Assembly: GCA_965197905.1 (NCBI GenBank)
Contig: CBDAOB010000004.1
Location: 1,696,001-1,760,000, forward strand
Reading direction: 5' to 3'
Length of the DNA: 64,000 nt
Source: Candidatus Latescibacterota bacterium
Lineage (GTDB): Bacteria > Latescibacterota > UBA2968 > UBA8231
Under the pieces are notes generated by a model that worked only from the letters and a program-made list of their open reading frames with translations, searched no databases and was not told where the DNA came from. Below are positions 21,886 to 33,279 of the stretch, piece by piece (position 1 is the stretch's first letter; every line of letters starts with the position of its first letter). The translations under genes and the position numbers were made by a program.

Positions 21886-23757
21886 GTGAAAACGAGATTA
21901 GCAGCCACGTTTGTATGGGTGGGAATGATCGTCCCCGGGTTGTTGGCGGCCAAGCCGGCGGATCGGTACGCCGAGACCAATGCGGGATGGGATCGGTTTG
22001 GGGCGGTCTACGCGCGTGTAGTTGACAGTTATTACGATTCGCTAAGCCAGGCCGATCTGTTGCAGGCGGCTATCCACGGGGTGTTGGGTGAACTCGACTC
22101 CTACAGTCAGTATTACGACCGAGAGGGGTTGCGTCAGCTGCGCCAGGACACGACCGGGAAGTTCGCTGGCCTGGGGATTACGGTAGCGGTAAAAGATTCT
22201 TACCCGATCGTGATCGCCCCGATCGAAGGTACGCCTGCCGACCGCGCCGGGTTGCTGCCCGGTGACCTGATCGTCGCGGTCGAAGACCAGGATACCTTCG
22301 GGATGAGTCTAGACACGGTCGTCGGCATACTGCGGGGAGAGCCTGGAACCACCGTCCGTATTGGTGTCGCCCACAAACGGGGACAACCTCCCCGCCGTGT
22401 TGCCATCCGCCGTGAGGTGATCAAAATCCGCAGCGTCGCGTTAGTCGAGCGGATAGATCCGGCTATCGGGTACATAAGCATGCGCCAGACCCGCTTCTCC
22501 GAAGAAACAGCCACCGAGGTGCAGAGCGGTTTGCAGGACCTGACTGCTTTGGGCGTCAACAGCTTGATCCTGGATCTGCGCGGCAATCCCGGCGGTTTAC
22601 TTAGCCAGGCCCAGCAGGTGGCCGATCTCTTCCTGCCTAAGGGGGTGCCGATCGTTTCGGTTCGCGAGCGCGACGGTCGTCGCGAGGATACCAAATACTC
22701 TCTAAAGACTCCCATGGCCGTCGACATCCCACTGGTAATACTGATCGATGAGGGCAGTGCTAGCGCCGCCGAGATCGTGGCCGGTGCCGTGCAAGACAAC
22801 GACCGCGGCATCATTGTGGGAAATACCTCGTTTGGCAAGGGGTCGGTACAGACCATATTCGATCTCTATGAAGCAAATGACAGCGCTTTGAAGCTGACTA
22901 CGGCCTTATATTACACCCCCAGCGGCCGCAGCATTCACCGCCCGGGCGGGCCGACCATCCGCAGTATGAGCGCACGCCAGATCGGTGGTTTGAACCTACC
23001 CGCCCAGGCCGTTGTCAGCAGCCTCCTCAGCGCCGAAAATCGATCCACCGCCGTTGCCGCCCTCCGCGTCGCGCTCGATGTGGATCAAACCCAGGCCGAG
23101 CGCATCCTGGCGGCGCCCCTCGGGGCGCTGGTCGGCCCAAAGATCGACACAAGCGCCGTAACCGACAGCGGCGCCGCAACCATGGAGGAAAACGATCGAT
23201 ACTTCCGCACGCGGCGCGGCCGCAAGGTGTTTGGTGGTGGGGGAATTACCCCCGACATCATCGTCGAGCGAGATACCTGGCCCGGGTTCGCACGACATCT
23301 TGAACGAAGTCGTTTGTTCTTCGATTTCGTAGTCGACCAGGTTCCCGCCGACTCGATCTCGGCACTTCGCGCCCGCGGGTATACGGTCAATGAAGACATG
23401 GTACTGGCTTTTCGACGGTTCATCGACGCATCGCAGTATGCTCGCGACGGACATCTCAGAGCCGACGCCGAACTCGAAGAGCTGCGGCAGATCGCCGCGC
23501 AGATGGGATGGACCGCAGAGACGCAGGACGGCATCGATCGCCTGGAGTCGGTGATCCGGCAGGAGGAGAAAACGGGGTTCGCGCCTGAGTTAGAACCGTA
23601 TATTAGAGTCGCCTTGGAACGCGAGCTCTCTCTGCGTCTGAGCGGTCGCAAAGCGCAGCTCAGATCGGTCCTTGAAAGCGATCGACAACTCAAAGCTGCC
23701 ATAGAGATTCTGGGCGATCCCGATCGCTATCGAAAAGTTTTGCAAGGAACTACCTGA
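21886..23757 (+). CDS. S41 family C-terminal processing protease (CtpA/Prc)
   Basis: Signal peptide, PDZ (GLGI), DLRGNPGG, SASAAEIVAG, GKGSVQ. Confidence 0.93.
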   Translation: MKTRLAATFVWVGMIVPGLLAAKPADRYAETNAGWDRFGAVYARVVDSYYDSLSQADLLQAAIHGVLGELDSYSQYYDREGLRQLRQDTTGKFAGLGITVAVKDSYPIVIAPIEGTPADRAGLLPGDLIVAVEDQDTFGMSLDTVVGILRGEPGTTVRIGVAHKRGQPPRRVAIRREVIKIRSVALVERIDPAIGYISMRQTRFSEETATEVQSGLQDLTALGVNSLILDLRGNPGGLLSQAQQVADLFLPKGVPIVSVRERDGRREDTKYSLKTPMAVDIPLVILIDEGSASAAEIVAGAVQDNDRGIIVGNTSFGKGSVQTIFDLYEANDSALKLTTALYYTPSGRSIHRPGGPTIRSMSARQIGGLNLPAQAVVSSLLSAENRSTAVAALRVALDVDQTQAERILAAPLGALVGPKIDTSAVTDSGAATMEENDRYFRTRRGRKVFGGGGITPDIIVERDTWPGFARHLERSRLFFDFVVDQVPADSISALRARGYTVNEDMVLAFRRFIDASQYARDGHLRADAELEELRQIAAQMGWTAETQDGIDRLESVIRQEEKTGFAPELEPYIRVALERELSLRLSGRKAQLRSVLESDRQLKAAIEILGDPDRYRKVLQGTT

Positions 23758-23764
23758 ACAAAGC

Positions 23765-24334
23765 TTGATGGAGCGCTGAATCCAATGTATTTTAGATGTA
23801 TCGTGCCGTTTTCGGCTTCGACCGGAAACTGCATTCGGGCATTGAGCAATTAACTCGTGGAGCCTGACTCGGCGGCTCCAAATCAGGGAATTTGTACCGT
23901 AATTGCCGGACGTGGAACCGTCGCAAGTAATCCACGTTATTCAACGAAAATCGTGCGCCAGGTGGGAATGAAAGAGGTAGACAGCAGACAGAGGGATCGT
24001 AGCGCACGTTGAAGCAAACCAAACCTACAGCCGCAGAGGGCATGTCGTGCGCCCGTCAACCCTGTTGATATGCGGCCGGAATCGCGCACCTCAGCACACG
24101 CCCGTTTGCCGGGTACAATACCGCTCGTAGGTCCGGCAAAGCGCAAGGCGCGAACCGTCACGTAGTAGACCGACCGGCAGCAACACCCCACCCTGATTTG
24201 ACTCGCCTATCCAGCACGTTGCTGGATTCCGCGCGAAATAGCCTCCGCGTAAGGGCCCCTCATTTATCTTCTCCCGCACCGTCCGCAACGGACGAGGTCT
24301 GGAGATACATACCCACTAGTATTTCAAGGATTAT
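23765..24334 (+). promoter_or_regulatory. Promoter plus long structured 5' leader of rng/rne
   Basis: TTGATG-N17-TATTTT (23765-23793); nested helices 23879-23888/24191-24200 and 23903-23911/24131-24139 plus several local hairpins; no credible ORF. Confidence 0.6.
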
Positions 24335-25867
24335 ATGCACACAGAAATTCTAATAAATGACGGCACGCACGAGTCGCGCATCGCCATCGTCGAAGACGGC
24401 AAGGTTGCCGAGGTTTGGGTAGAACGCCCAGAAAACGAGCGCATGGTCGGAGATATCTACAAAGGACGTATAAGTGCCGTTCTCCCAGGATTGCAGGCCG
24501 CCTTCGTCGAAATCGGGCAGGATCGCACCGCCTTCCTGCAAGCTCGCGACATGATGGAAGCAGACAACAAGGATATGGAAAATGGCGGCGGTTCACGCGG
24601 CGGCAGGCGGTCTCGATACGCGCCGACCCCGCCGATCCAAAAGCTCGTCCGCAAAGGGGATGAGGTCCTGGTTCAAATCGCCAAGGAGCCCATCGGCACC
24701 AAAGGCGCTCGCGTTACAACCCAACTCTCCTTGGCGGGCCGCTTCATGGTGCTGGTACCTGGCGGCAACTGGGCAGGAGTATCGCGGAAGATCTCCAGCT
24801 ACAGTGAGCGTCGCCGGCTGCGGGATCTGGTAAACAGCCTGCGGCCCAAAGGCTACTCTGTCATCGTGCGCACCGAGGGACGGGGGAAGACGGAAAAAGA
24901 GTTTCGTCGCGATTTGAAGAATCTCGTCAAGATTCACGAGCGGATAGCGAGGTTGGAGAAAAGGACCGACGCACCAGCTCAGCTGCACAAGGAACTCGGC
25001 ATGACCTCTAGCATCATTCGCGACTTGTTTACCGACAATGTCGATCGAATGGTAGTGGACACCAAAGAGCTCTACCGCGAGATCATCGCCTATTTGCGTA
25101 CGGTGTCGCCCGATTTGCGCAAGCGGGTCGAATATTACCGCGATCGCAAGCCCATTTTCGACGCCTTCGGAATCGAAGAAACCTTGGAGAAGCTAACCGG
25201 GCGCAATGTGCGTATGAAAAAGGGGGGCAATCTGGTCATTGACCACGCCGAGGCCGGCACCTTCGTCGACGTGAACTCGGCGCGGTACGTAGGATCGGAC
25301 GATCAAGAGACGAACAACCTCAACACCAACCTGGAAGCGGCTCGAGAACTCGCCCGCCAGCTGCGGCTGCGCGACATAGGGGGCATCATCGTCGTTGATT
25401 TTATCGACATGAACGACGAAAAGAATCGCCGCAAGGTAATCGAGGAGATGATCAGCGAAGCCAAGAAGGACCGTGCCAAGATGTCGATCAGTCCGCAGAT
25501 AAGCGAGTTCGGATTGGTCGAAATGACGCGTCAACGGGTCCGCCCCAACCTGCTACACACCCATAGCGAACCCTGTCCTATCTGCCAAGGAACGGGCCGG
25601 GTAACCGGTCCGGACACCACCGTCACAAAGATCGAGCGCTGGTTGCGGAGGTCGTATGCTGCCACCAAGGAACGTCGTTTCGTGCTCCGCGTACACCCCG
25701 AGGTAGCAAGCTACATGCTGGAGAATCGCGAGATCAGGCTGAAATCGATCCGCAAGGCGACCCGAGCGCGGCTGCAGTTGGAGCACGACGCTACCCTGTC
25801 CACGGACGACTACCGTTTCTTTTCTACCAAACGAAATCTGGATGTGACGGCGGAGTTCCAAATTTGA
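24335..25867 (+). CDS. rng: Rne/Rng family ribonuclease (RNase G-size)
   Basis: GDIYKG S1 domain, KEPIGTKGAR, DVNS, QLRLRDIGGIIVVDFIDM, CPICQG zinc link. Confidence 0.93.
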   Translation: MHTEILINDGTHESRIAIVEDGKVAEVWVERPENERMVGDIYKGRISAVLPGLQAAFVEIGQDRTAFLQARDMMEADNKDMENGGGSRGGRRSRYAPTPPIQKLVRKGDEVLVQIAKEPIGTKGARVTTQLSLAGRFMVLVPGGNWAGVSRKISSYSERRRLRDLVNSLRPKGYSVIVRTEGRGKTEKEFRRDLKNLVKIHERIARLEKRTDAPAQLHKELGMTSSIIRDLFTDNVDRMVVDTKELYREIIAYLRTVSPDLRKRVEYYRDRKPIFDAFGIEETLEKLTGRNVRMKKGGNLVIDHAEAGTFVDVNSARYVGSDDQETNNLNTNLEAARELARQLRLRDIGGIIVVDFIDMNDEKNRRKVIEEMISEAKKDRAKMSISPQISEFGLVEMTRQRVRPNLLHTHSEPCPICQGTGRVTGPDTTVTKIERWLRRSYAATKERRFVLRVHPEVASYMLENREIRLKSIRKATRARLQLEHDATLSTDDYRFFSTKRNLDVTAEFQI

Positions 25868-25934
25868 CAGATCGCCGCAACGCCCATAATTTCCGTGTTC
25901 TGGTTGATTTTCACCATGTTGCAGGATCCTCCTA

Positions 25935-26252
25935 ATGTTCGCTGTCGTCGACATTGCCGGTTCTCAAGTTCGAGTGGAAAAGGGGCGCACCTTGCGGGTG
26001 CCTAGATTGGCCTCGGAAACCGGAGCTCAGGAACGTTTTCCCAATGTGTTGCTGGTCAGCGACGCGGGCAAAACCAGTACCGGCAAACCGTTTGTGGAAG
26101 GGGCGGCGGTCGAAGCTACCATTATCGGCCACGGCCGCGGCGAGAAGGTGATCGTCTTTAAGATGAAGCGACGCAAGAAGTACAGACGACGCAACGGCCA
26201 TCGCCAAGACTTTACCGAGATTCGAGTTGACGAGATTACCTCACCCGGTTAG
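25935..26252 (+). CDS. rplU: 50S ribosomal protein L21
   Basis: [21 protein letters not shown]. Confidence 0.97.
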   Translation: MFAVVDIAGSQVRVEKGRTLRVPRLASETGAQERFPNVLLVSDAGKTSTGKPFVEGAAVEATIIGHGRGEKVIVFKMKRRKKYRRRNGHRQDFTEIRVDEITSPG

Positions 26253-26272
26253 CGCCAGCTAGGCAACCACAA

Positions 26273-26533
26273 ATGGCACACAAAAAAGGGGTTGGAAGCT
26301 CTAGAAACGGTCGCGACAGCCATTCGAAACGGCTCGGTGTGAAACGGTTTGGGGGTGAAAAGGTAGCGGCGGGTACCATCCTTGTGCGCCAGCGCGGAAC
26401 TCGAATTCATCCGGGTGTCAACGTGAAGAAGGGGGGCGACGATACCCTATATGCCGTCGGCGACGGGGCCGTCAAGTTCGAACGCTGGGGCCGCGATCGA
26501 AAAAGGGTCAGTGTCTACGCACTAGCCGAATAG
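26273..26533 (+). CDS. rpmA: 50S ribosomal protein L27
   Basis: [16 protein letters not shown]...RQRGT. Confidence 0.98.
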   Translation: MAHKKGVGSSRNGRDSHSKRLGVKRFGGEKVAAGTILVRQRGTRIHPGVNVKKGGDDTLYAVGDGAVKFERWGRDRKRVSVYALAE

Positions 26534-26564
26534 CGCTCAGCTGCACCCTGACAAACGCCATAGA

Positions 26565-26605
26565 GGCCACCGAGAATTCAGCTTCGGTGGCCGTTTTTGT
26601 TTTTT
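26565..26605 (+). terminator. Rho-independent terminator after rpmA
   Basis: GGCCACCGAG...TTCGGTGGCC stem followed by a T-tract. Confidence 0.85.
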
Positions 26606-26632
26606 GACGCCGCACTCCGTGCAACCTATTAT
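26604..26632 (+). promoter_or_regulatory. sigma70-like promoter of the frd operon
   Basis: TTGACG-N17-TATTAT. Confidence 0.6.
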
Positions 26633-26703
26633 AGGGCGATCATTTTGGACCTAGAGCGAAACTCCACCCCAAAAGATTCATCTATTAGACCCACCATGAC
26701 TGC

Positions 26704-28407
26704 ATGAACGCGTTGGCTCACGATCTTCTAATCGTCGGTGGTGGGGGCGCTGGACTGCGGGCGGCCATCGCCGCCGCCGAAGCGCATCCGGATCTCACGA
26801 TAGGTCTGCTTTCGAAGGTCTACCCGATGCGCAGCCACACGGTTTCGGCCGAAGGCGGGGCCGCCGCCGTTATGCGCGCGGAGGACAGCTTCGATTCCCA
26901 CGCCTTCGATACGATAAAGGGGAGCGACTTTCTCGCTGATCAGGACGCGGTCGAAGCGTTCGTCCAGGAAGCGCCGTCCGAGATTGTCCAGATGGAGCAT
27001 TGGGGGTGTCCCTGGAGCCGAGATTCCGACGGCAAGGTCAGCGTCCGAGCGTTTGGGGGCATGAGTACAATGCGCACCGTGTACGCCGCCGACAAGACCG
27101 GTTTCCACATGTTGCACACGCTCTTTCAGACTTCTCTAAAGTATGAAAGCATAGAGAGATACGATGAGTGGTACGCGACGGCCCTGCTGCTGGACGAAGA
27201 CCAGGTTCAGGGCGTGGCGGCGTTAAACCTGCGTTCCGGCGACCTACACGCGCTGCCGGCCAAAGCAGTGATCCTCTGTACCGGCGGCGGCGGGCGAATT
27301 TTTCCGTTCACGACCAATGCCGCGATCAAGACGGGTGACGGCATGTCGCTGGCCTACCGCGCTGGATGTCCCCTGAAGGATATGGAGTTTGTGCAGTATC
27401 ACCCGACCGGCCTTCCGGGCACCGGCATACTCATGACCGAGGCCTCCCGGGGCGAGGGGGGGTACCTGACCAATAAGGACGGGGAACGCTATCTCGAGCG
27501 TTATCTTCCCGAAAAAATGGAGTTGGGACCCCGTGACATGGTGTCGCGCGCATTCGTACACGAAGAAAGGGCGGGCCGCGTCTACGAGGGCAAGTACGGC
27601 AGCTACATTCACCTCGATCTGCGTCACCTGGGGGAGAAGGTGATCGATGAACGGATCCCTTTCGTCCGAGAACTGGCCAAAAATTACGTTGGCATTGATC
27701 CGGTGCATGAACCGATTCCGGTGCGGCCGGTGGTGCATTACATGATGGGGGGCGTCAGCACCGACATCGATGGAAAAACGCCGGTCGATGGGCTCTACGC
27801 CGCCGGCGAGACCGCCTGCGTCTCCATCAACGGAGCTAACCGACTGGGGTCGAACTCGCTGGCGGAGTGTCTTGTTTTCGGTGCCCGCGCTGGCCTGGCA
27901 GCCGCGCGATACACCATGGAGCAGGAGTTCGGCTCCTCCGGGGTGCTAGATCAACTCGTGCAGTTCGAGGAGCTGGAATTGCGCGAGAAGTTCAACGCCG
28001 AGGGTTCGGAGAGTATCGCCGGCATTCGCACCGAATTGCAGATGGCGATGGAAAAGGGCGCCGGGATCTATCGGCAAGAGACGGAGCTGAAGGCTGCTTG
28101 CGAGCAGGTTGCCACTCTGAGAGAGCGCTACCAGAATCTACGGGTCGAGGACAGCTCGGAGGTCTATAACACCGAGCTGATCTCCGCCATCGAACTGGGC
28201 TGTATGTTGGATGTGGCCGAAGCGGTGGCCAACTCCGCGCACCAACGGCAAGAGTCGAGGGGTTCGCATGCGCGCTCCGACTTCGAGTCCAGGGACGATG
28301 ATCGTTTTCTCACCCACTCACTCGCGTTCAGGACTGAGGACGGACCCCGAATCGAATACGCTCCGGTTACGATTACGCGTTGGCTACCGGAGGAACGGAC
28401 CTATTAA
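26704..28407 (+). CDS. frdA: Fumarate reductase/succinate dehydrogenase flavoprotein (E. coli FrdA-like)
   Basis: [17 protein letters not shown] (covalent FAD His), [21 protein letters not shown]. Confidence 0.9.
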   Translation: MNALAHDLLIVGGGGAGLRAAIAAAEAHPDLTIGLLSKVYPMRSHTVSAEGGAAAVMRAEDSFDSHAFDTIKGSDFLADQDAVEAFVQEAPSEIVQMEHWGCPWSRDSDGKVSVRAFGGMSTMRTVYAADKTGFHMLHTLFQTSLKYESIERYDEWYATALLLDEDQVQGVAALNLRSGDLHALPAKAVILCTGGGGRIFPFTTNAAIKTGDGMSLAYRAGCPLKDMEFVQYHPTGLPGTGILMTEASRGEGGYLTNKDGERYLERYLPEKMELGPRDMVSRAFVHEERAGRVYEGKYGSYIHLDLRHLGEKVIDERIPFVRELAKNYVGIDPVHEPIPVRPVVHYMMGGVSTDIDGKTPVDGLYAAGETACVSINGANRLGSNSLAECLVFGARAGLAAARYTMEQEFGSSGVLDQLVQFEELELREKFNAEGSESIAGIRTELQMAMEKGAGIYRQETELKAACEQVATLRERYQNLRVEDSSEVYNTELISAIELGCMLDVAEAVANSAHQRQESRGSHARSDFESRDDDRFLTHSLAFRTEDGPRIEYAPVTITRWLPEERTY

Positions 28408-28480
28408 TTTTAACATCGTACACCGCACCTGTGTTCGGGGGTGGTTCGAGGACAACGGCGGACAAGCTAACAGGACCTAG

Positions 28481-29224
28481 ATGAGCGAACAGACGATCGG
28501 ACTGCGAGTCAGCCGGTATAACCCCCAAAAGGACAGCGAACCCAGCGAACAGCGGTACGAGGTGCCGTACCACGACGACTGGGTGGTGCTCGACGCCTTG
28601 AACCACGTGAAGGACCAGATGGACGGCACGCTCTCCTACCGCTGGTCCTGTCGCATGGGGGTGTGCGGAAGCTGCGGAATGATGGTCAACGGGGTGCCCA
28701 AGCTAACCTGCGCGGTCTTTCTGCGCGATTATTACCCCAAGGAGATCCGCATCGAGCCGCTGGCCAACTTTGCCGTCGTCCGTGACCTGGTGATCGAACT
28801 CGACGATTTCGTCGGTCGGTTGCAGGCGGTGAAACCGTGGCTGATTCGCGATGAGGAAACGCCGGTAGAGCAGGGCGAATACCTCCAATCACCCGATGAA
28901 CTGGCGGAATTCAAGCAGTTCAGCATGTGCATAAATTGCGCTCTGTGTTATTCGGCTTGTCCGGTGTTTGGACCGGATTCCGATTTTATCGGGCCGGCGG
29001 CACTGGCGTTGGCCCATCGCTACAACGTGGATTCCCGTGACCACGGCGAAGATCAGCGCAAGGACGTGGTGGCCAGCGAGGAAGGGATCTGGAACTGCAC
29101 CTTTGTCGGCGAGTGTTCCACGGTATGTCCAAAGGATGTGGATCCCGCCGCCGCCATCCAACGAACCAAGGTCGCCACCACGGCGAACTGGTTCAAATCG
29201 GTACTGCCCTGGGGACACCGATGA
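28481..29224 (+). CDS. frdB: Fumarate reductase iron-sulfur subunit
   Basis: [34 protein letters not shown]. Confidence 0.9.
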   Translation: MSEQTIGLRVSRYNPQKDSEPSEQRYEVPYHDDWVVLDALNHVKDQMDGTLSYRWSCRMGVCGSCGMMVNGVPKLTCAVFLRDYYPKEIRIEPLANFAVVRDLVIELDDFVGRLQAVKPWLIRDEETPVEQGEYLQSPDELAEFKQFSMCINCALCYSACPVFGPDSDFIGPAALALAHRYNVDSRDHGEDQRKDVVASEEGIWNCTFVGECSTVCPKDVDPAAAIQRTKVATTANWFKSVLPWGHR

Positions 29225-29649
29225 ATACGCACCGCCGCCGCCGACAGAACGAGGCCGGCTACTACAAATACGATCTCTACAAACCTGAGAAATCCGCCAC
29301 TTGGTGGTTGCGCAACGGCAAATATTTTCTGTATATGATGCGCGAACTGAGCAGCGCCGTGATCGCCATTTTCTTGCTGCTTTACCTTTACGAATTTTTT
29401 CTCCTGAGCAAAGGAGAGACGATATTTAATACCTTTCAGGGATCCCTGAGAAAACCTGCTTTTCTGGTGTTCTATGGGGTGGTTTTTCTCTTTGCACTGT
29501 ATCACTCGGTGACCTGGTTTGCCGTGCTTGGCCGCGTTCAGGTCGTGCGTCTCGGCAAACTTACCGTGCCGCCGTCTTTGGTGACGGCAAGTGCCTTCGC
29601 TGGCTGGGTGGTGGTTAGCGTGGCCTTGGCGTTTTACTTAATCAGGTAG
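29221..29649 (+). CDS. frdC: Fumarate reductase subunit C
   Basis: WW....Y..YMMRE and LYHSVTWF motifs; ATG overlaps the frdB stop. Confidence 0.85.
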   Translation: MNTHRRRRQNEAGYYKYDLYKPEKSATWWLRNGKYFLYMMRELSSAVIAIFLLLYLYEFFLLSKGETIFNTFQGSLRKPAFLVFYGVVFLFALYHSVTWFAVLGRVQVVRLGKLTVPPSLVTASAFAGWVVVSVALAFYLIR

Positions 29650-29652
29650 CTG

Positions 29653-30012
29653 ATGTACAAGATGGATAAGAAGGAACCGTTTTGGTGGGGCCTGTTCTCG
29701 GCCGGTGGTGTGGTCGCCGCTCTCTTCGTTCCCATTCACGTCTTCGTGGACGGTCTGGCAGTGCCGCTGGGATTCATGGATGAGAGCGCGGTTTCTTTCG
29801 AGCGTATGCGAGATCTTTTGGCACACCCGGCAGCAAGGGTGTACTTCTTTGTGCTGGTGATCCTGCCGCTGTTTCACGCCGCTCATCGCGTCCGTTTCTC
29901 GCTTTACGAGCTCGGGGTGCGCGATTTCCAGATCTCTATGGACCTATTATGTTACGGAGGCGCCGTCGTCGGAGCGGCGCTCTGCGGCTACGTCTTTTTT
30001 CAGTTGCTCTGA
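29653..30012 (+). CDS. frdD: Fumarate reductase subunit D
   Basis: EPFWWGLFSAGG and LPLFHAAHR motifs. Confidence 0.88.
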   Translation: MYKMDKKEPFWWGLFSAGGVVAALFVPIHVFVDGLAVPLGFMDESAVSFERMRDLLAHPAARVYFFVLVILPLFHAAHRVRFSLYELGVRDFQISMDLLCYGGAVVGAALCGYVFFQLL

Positions 30013-30021
30013 GGATTGGCT

Positions 30022-30519
30022 ATGTTCGAGCTCAAAACCATATCGCAAGCAGCCATCCCGCAATCCCTTGAACGCGTGGAGCGCTACCGCCTGCTAAACG
30101 AACCCACCGTCGCCGAGAGCATATGCCTGGACATACTCAAGGTCGATCCGGACAACCAGCAGGCTGTGGTAATGCTCATTCTGGCGTTGACGGATCAGTT
30201 CGTCGAGAATCCAGCTCTCAACGTAGCTCGAGTGCTGGAACTGGTTCCCAAACTCGAGAGCGAGTACCAGCGCACCTATTATTCTGGCATCGTCTACGAA
30301 CGGCAGGGAAAGGCACGACTAAAGCGGGAATATCCCGGTGCCGGCTTCGACGCATATGAGTTGCTGCGCGAAGCGATGCACTGGTTCGAAACGGCGGAGC
30401 CGATCCGCCCGGAGGCCAACGAGGATGCCGTCATCCGCTGGAACAACTGCGCGCGGCTGATTGAGAGCAATGGGCTTACGGCCAGGCCAGAGGACGAGAC
30501 CCAGCTTTCTTCGGAGTAG
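30022..30519 (+). CDS. Hypothetical alpha-helical (TPR-like) protein at the end of the frd operon
   Basis: ORF 9 nt after frdD; helical repeat-like composition. Confidence 0.7.
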   Translation: MFELKTISQAAIPQSLERVERYRLLNEPTVAESICLDILKVDPDNQQAVVMLILALTDQFVENPALNVARVLELVPKLESEYQRTYYSGIVYERQGKARLKREYPGAGFDAYELLREAMHWFETAEPIRPEANEDAVIRWNNCARLIESNGLTARPEDETQLSSE

Positions 30520-30559
30520 CAAGGGTCCCTGACCTCTGCTACCGTCTCCGTCCACCCAC

Positions 30560-31300
30560 CTACCACACAATCGATTTCAGATATTCGCGGTTCAGAAAAG
30601 CGATGCTGTCCGCGGAAATCTCCTTCGGGCAGACCGCTTCACACTCGTATTCGTTGGTGCAGTGACCAAACCCCTCGGCGTCCATAGTAGCGATCATGGC
30701 CGCCGCCCGGCGGCTGCGTTCGGGCTGCCCCTGAGGCAGCGTGCCCAGGTGTTTGACCTTGGCGCTGACGAACAACATTGCGGCCGAATTCTTGCACGCT
30801 GCGACGCAGGCTCCGCATCCGATACAGGCCGCCGCATCCATCGCCCGTTCCGCCTCTTCTTGGGAGATCAGAATGGCGTTGGCGTCCGGAGACGAGCCGG
30901 TATTTACAGAGACGTATCCGCCGGACTGAATCAGCCGGTCGAAGGCGGAGCGGTCCACCACCAGATCCTTGACTACGGGAAAAGCGGTGGCGCGCCAGGG
31001 TTCGATGTAGATGGTGTCGCCGTCCCGGAAAGACCGCATATAGAGCTGACAGGTAGTTGTTCCAGTGCCGGGCCCGTGGGCAACGCCGTTGATCACCAAT
31101 CCACATGATCCGCAGATGCCCTCGCGGCAGTCGCTGTCGAACGCGATCGGGTCTACACCCTTTCGGTTCTGCTCCTCGTTGACGACATCGAGCATCTCCA
31201 AGAACGACATTTCGGGCTGAATCCGGCCCGCGTCGTAGGTCTCCAGCCGGCCTTTTTCGTGCGGGCCTTTCTGGCGCCAGACCTTCAGCGTCAGGTTCAT
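30560..31300 (-). CDS. sdhB: Succinate dehydrogenase/fumarate reductase iron-sulfur subunit (type B-like)
   Basis: [34 protein letters not shown]; start may be 31324. Confidence 0.9.
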   Translation of the reverse strand: MNLTLKVWRQKGPHEKGRLETYDAGRIQPEMSFLEMLDVVNEEQNRKGVDPIAFDSDCREGICGSCGLVINGVAHGPGTGTTTCQLYMRSFRDGDTIYIEPWRATAFPVVKDLVVDRSAFDRLIQSGGYVSVNTGSSPDANAILISQEEAERAMDAAACIGCGACVAACKNSAAMLFVSAKVKHLGTLPQGQPERSRRAAAMIATMDAEGFGHCTNEYECEAVCPKEISADSIAFLNREYLKSIVW

Positions 31301-31357
31301 GCCTGCGCGGCGCTTGTTATCCATATGAGCGTTCGACCCTTTCCTCCAGGTGTCGGT

Positions 31358-33271
31358 CTATTTGTAGCTTCGTTGCGTCAGTGCCACGTTTTCGAACACG
31401 AGACGTTCGAGGTTTAAGGCGGGTTCATGGCCCACACCGGTGTGTTCCCACGCCGACACGTGGGTGAAGCGCTCGTCGTCGCGCAGTGCCTCGCCCTCTT
31501 CGGTCTGATACTCCTCGCGGAAATGTCCGCCGCACGACTCCTCGCGGGTCAAGGCGTCGTGAACCATCGTCTCCCCAAACTCTAAGAAATCGGCGACGCG
31601 ACCAGCGCGCTCGAGAACTTGATTGAACTCACCGGGCGTCCCGGTGACCGTCAGATTCTGCCAGAACTCCTCGCGAATGTCGGCTACCTTTTCCCGGGCG
31701 CTGGAAAGGTCGGCAGCGTTGCGTGCCATGCCGCAGTGGTCCCACAACAACAACCCCAGTTCCCGGTGAAAGTCGTCCACGGTGCGGTTGCCCTTCACCG
31801 CCAGCAGCTGGCTGATGCGGTCCTTAGCGGCGTGCTCGGCTTCTTTGAACGCCTCGTGGTCGGTGTTGATCGACGGCATCGATTGGCCGCCGATGTACCC
31901 GCCTACGGTATGCGGGATGACAAAATACCCGTCCGCAAGGCCCTGCATGAGGGCGCTGGCCCCTAGACGATTGGCCCCGTGATCGGAAAAATTGGCTTCA
32001 CCCATGACGAACAAACCCGGAATATTGCTCATTAGGTTATAGTCTACCCACAATCCCCCCATCGTATAATGGACCGCGGGATAGATACGCATCGGCATGC
32101 GGTACGGATTTTCGTCGGTAATCTCTTCATACATCTGAAAGAGGTTGCCGTACTTCTGGTGAATCGTATCCTCGCCATCGCGCTCAATGGCGTGGGCGAA
32201 GTCCAGAAAGACCGCGCGCCCGGTGATGCCGACACCGCGTCCCTCGTCGCACACCCCCTTGGCGGCCCGCGACGCCACGTCCCGCGGTACCAGGTTGCCG
32301 AAGCTCGGGTAACGCCGCTCGAGGTAGTAGTCGCGCTCTGCCTCCGGGATCTGTTCGGGAGACCGGCGATCTTGCCCTTCTTTGGGCACCCACACCCGAC
32401 CGTCGTTGCGCAGGCTTTCGCTCATCAGGGTGAGTTTCGACTGAAAGCTGCCCGAAACTGGAATGCAGGTAGGGTGAATCTGCGTGAAGCAGGGGTTGGC
32501 GAACAGCGCGCCTTTTCTGTGGGCTCTCCAGGTTGCGGTGACGTTTGAAGCTTTGGCGTTTGTCGACAGGTAAAAAACATTCCCGTACCCACCCGTGGCC
32601 AAGAGAACCGCATCGGCTGCATGAGACTGGATTTCGCCGGTAACTAGGTTGCGTGTGACGATCCCGCGGGCACACCCGTCGACCAAAACCAGCTCCAGCA
32701 TCTCATGTCGTGGGTAGAGGTGCACCTTTCCGGCGCTCACCTGCCGCATCATTGCACTGTAGGCGCCCAACAACAACTGCTGACCCGTCTGACCGCGGGC
32801 GTAGAAGGTGCGTGAAACTTGGGCCCCACCGAACGAGCGGTTGGCCAGGGTGCCTCCATATTCGCGGGCAAAGGGCACCCCCTGAGATACACACTGGTCG
32901 ATGATCTCGGTACTGATCTGCGCCAGACGGTAGACATTCGCCTCGCGGGCGCGGTAGTCGCCTCCTTTTATGGTGTCGTAAAACAGGCGGAAAACGCTGT
33001 CGCCGTCATTCTGGTAGTTCTTGGCCGCGTTGATCCCGCCCTGGGCAGCGATGCTGTGGGCTCGGCGCGGGCTATCCTGCAGGCAAAAGGAGTGGATGTT
33101 GTAGCCCAACTCCGCCAGCGAAGCGGCGGCGGACGCGCCCGCCAGCCCGGTGCCGACCACGATGATGGAGTGACGGCGTTTGTTGGCGGGGTTCACGAGC
33201 TTGAGCTCGAACCGATGCCGGTCCCACTTCTGCTCTAAAGGACCACCCGGGACGCGACCGTCCAGATCCAT
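31358..33271 (-). CDS. sdhA: Succinate dehydrogenase/fumarate reductase flavoprotein (type B-like)
   Basis: [33 protein letters not shown]. Confidence 0.92.
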   Translation of the reverse strand: MDLDGRVPGGPLEQKWDRHRFELKLVNPANKRRHSIIVVGTGLAGASAAASLAELGYNIHSFCLQDSPRRAHSIAAQGGINAAKNYQNDGDSVFRLFYDTIKGGDYRAREANVYRLAQISTEIIDQCVSQGVPFAREYGGTLANRSFGGAQVSRTFYARGQTGQQLLLGAYSAMMRQVSAGKVHLYPRHEMLELVLVDGCARGIVTRNLVTGEIQSHAADAVLLATGGYGNVFYLSTNAKASNVTATWRAHRKGALFANPCFTQIHPTCIPVSGSFQSKLTLMSESLRNDGRVWVPKEGQDRRSPEQIPEAERDYYLERRYPSFGNLVPRDVASRAAKGVCDEGRGVGITGRAVFLDFAHAIERDGEDTIHQKYGNLFQMYEEITDENPYRMPMRIYPAVHYTMGGLWVDYNLMSNIPGLFVMGEANFSDHGANRLGASALMQGLADGYFVIPHTVGGYIGGQSMPSINTDHEAFKEAEHAAKDRISQLLAVKGNRTVDDFHRELGLLLWDHCGMARNAADLSSAREKVADIREEFWQNLTVTGTPGEFNQVLERAGRVADFLEFGETMVHDALTREESCGGHFREEYQTEEGEALRDDERFTHVSAWEHTGVGHEPALNLERLVFENVALTQRSYK

Positions 33272-33279
33272 CGTCTACC

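Noticed and set aside
23758..24334. RNase P RNA or tmRNA
   Set aside because: No GAGGAAAGTCC P4 signature and no tRNA-like ends were seen on either strand.
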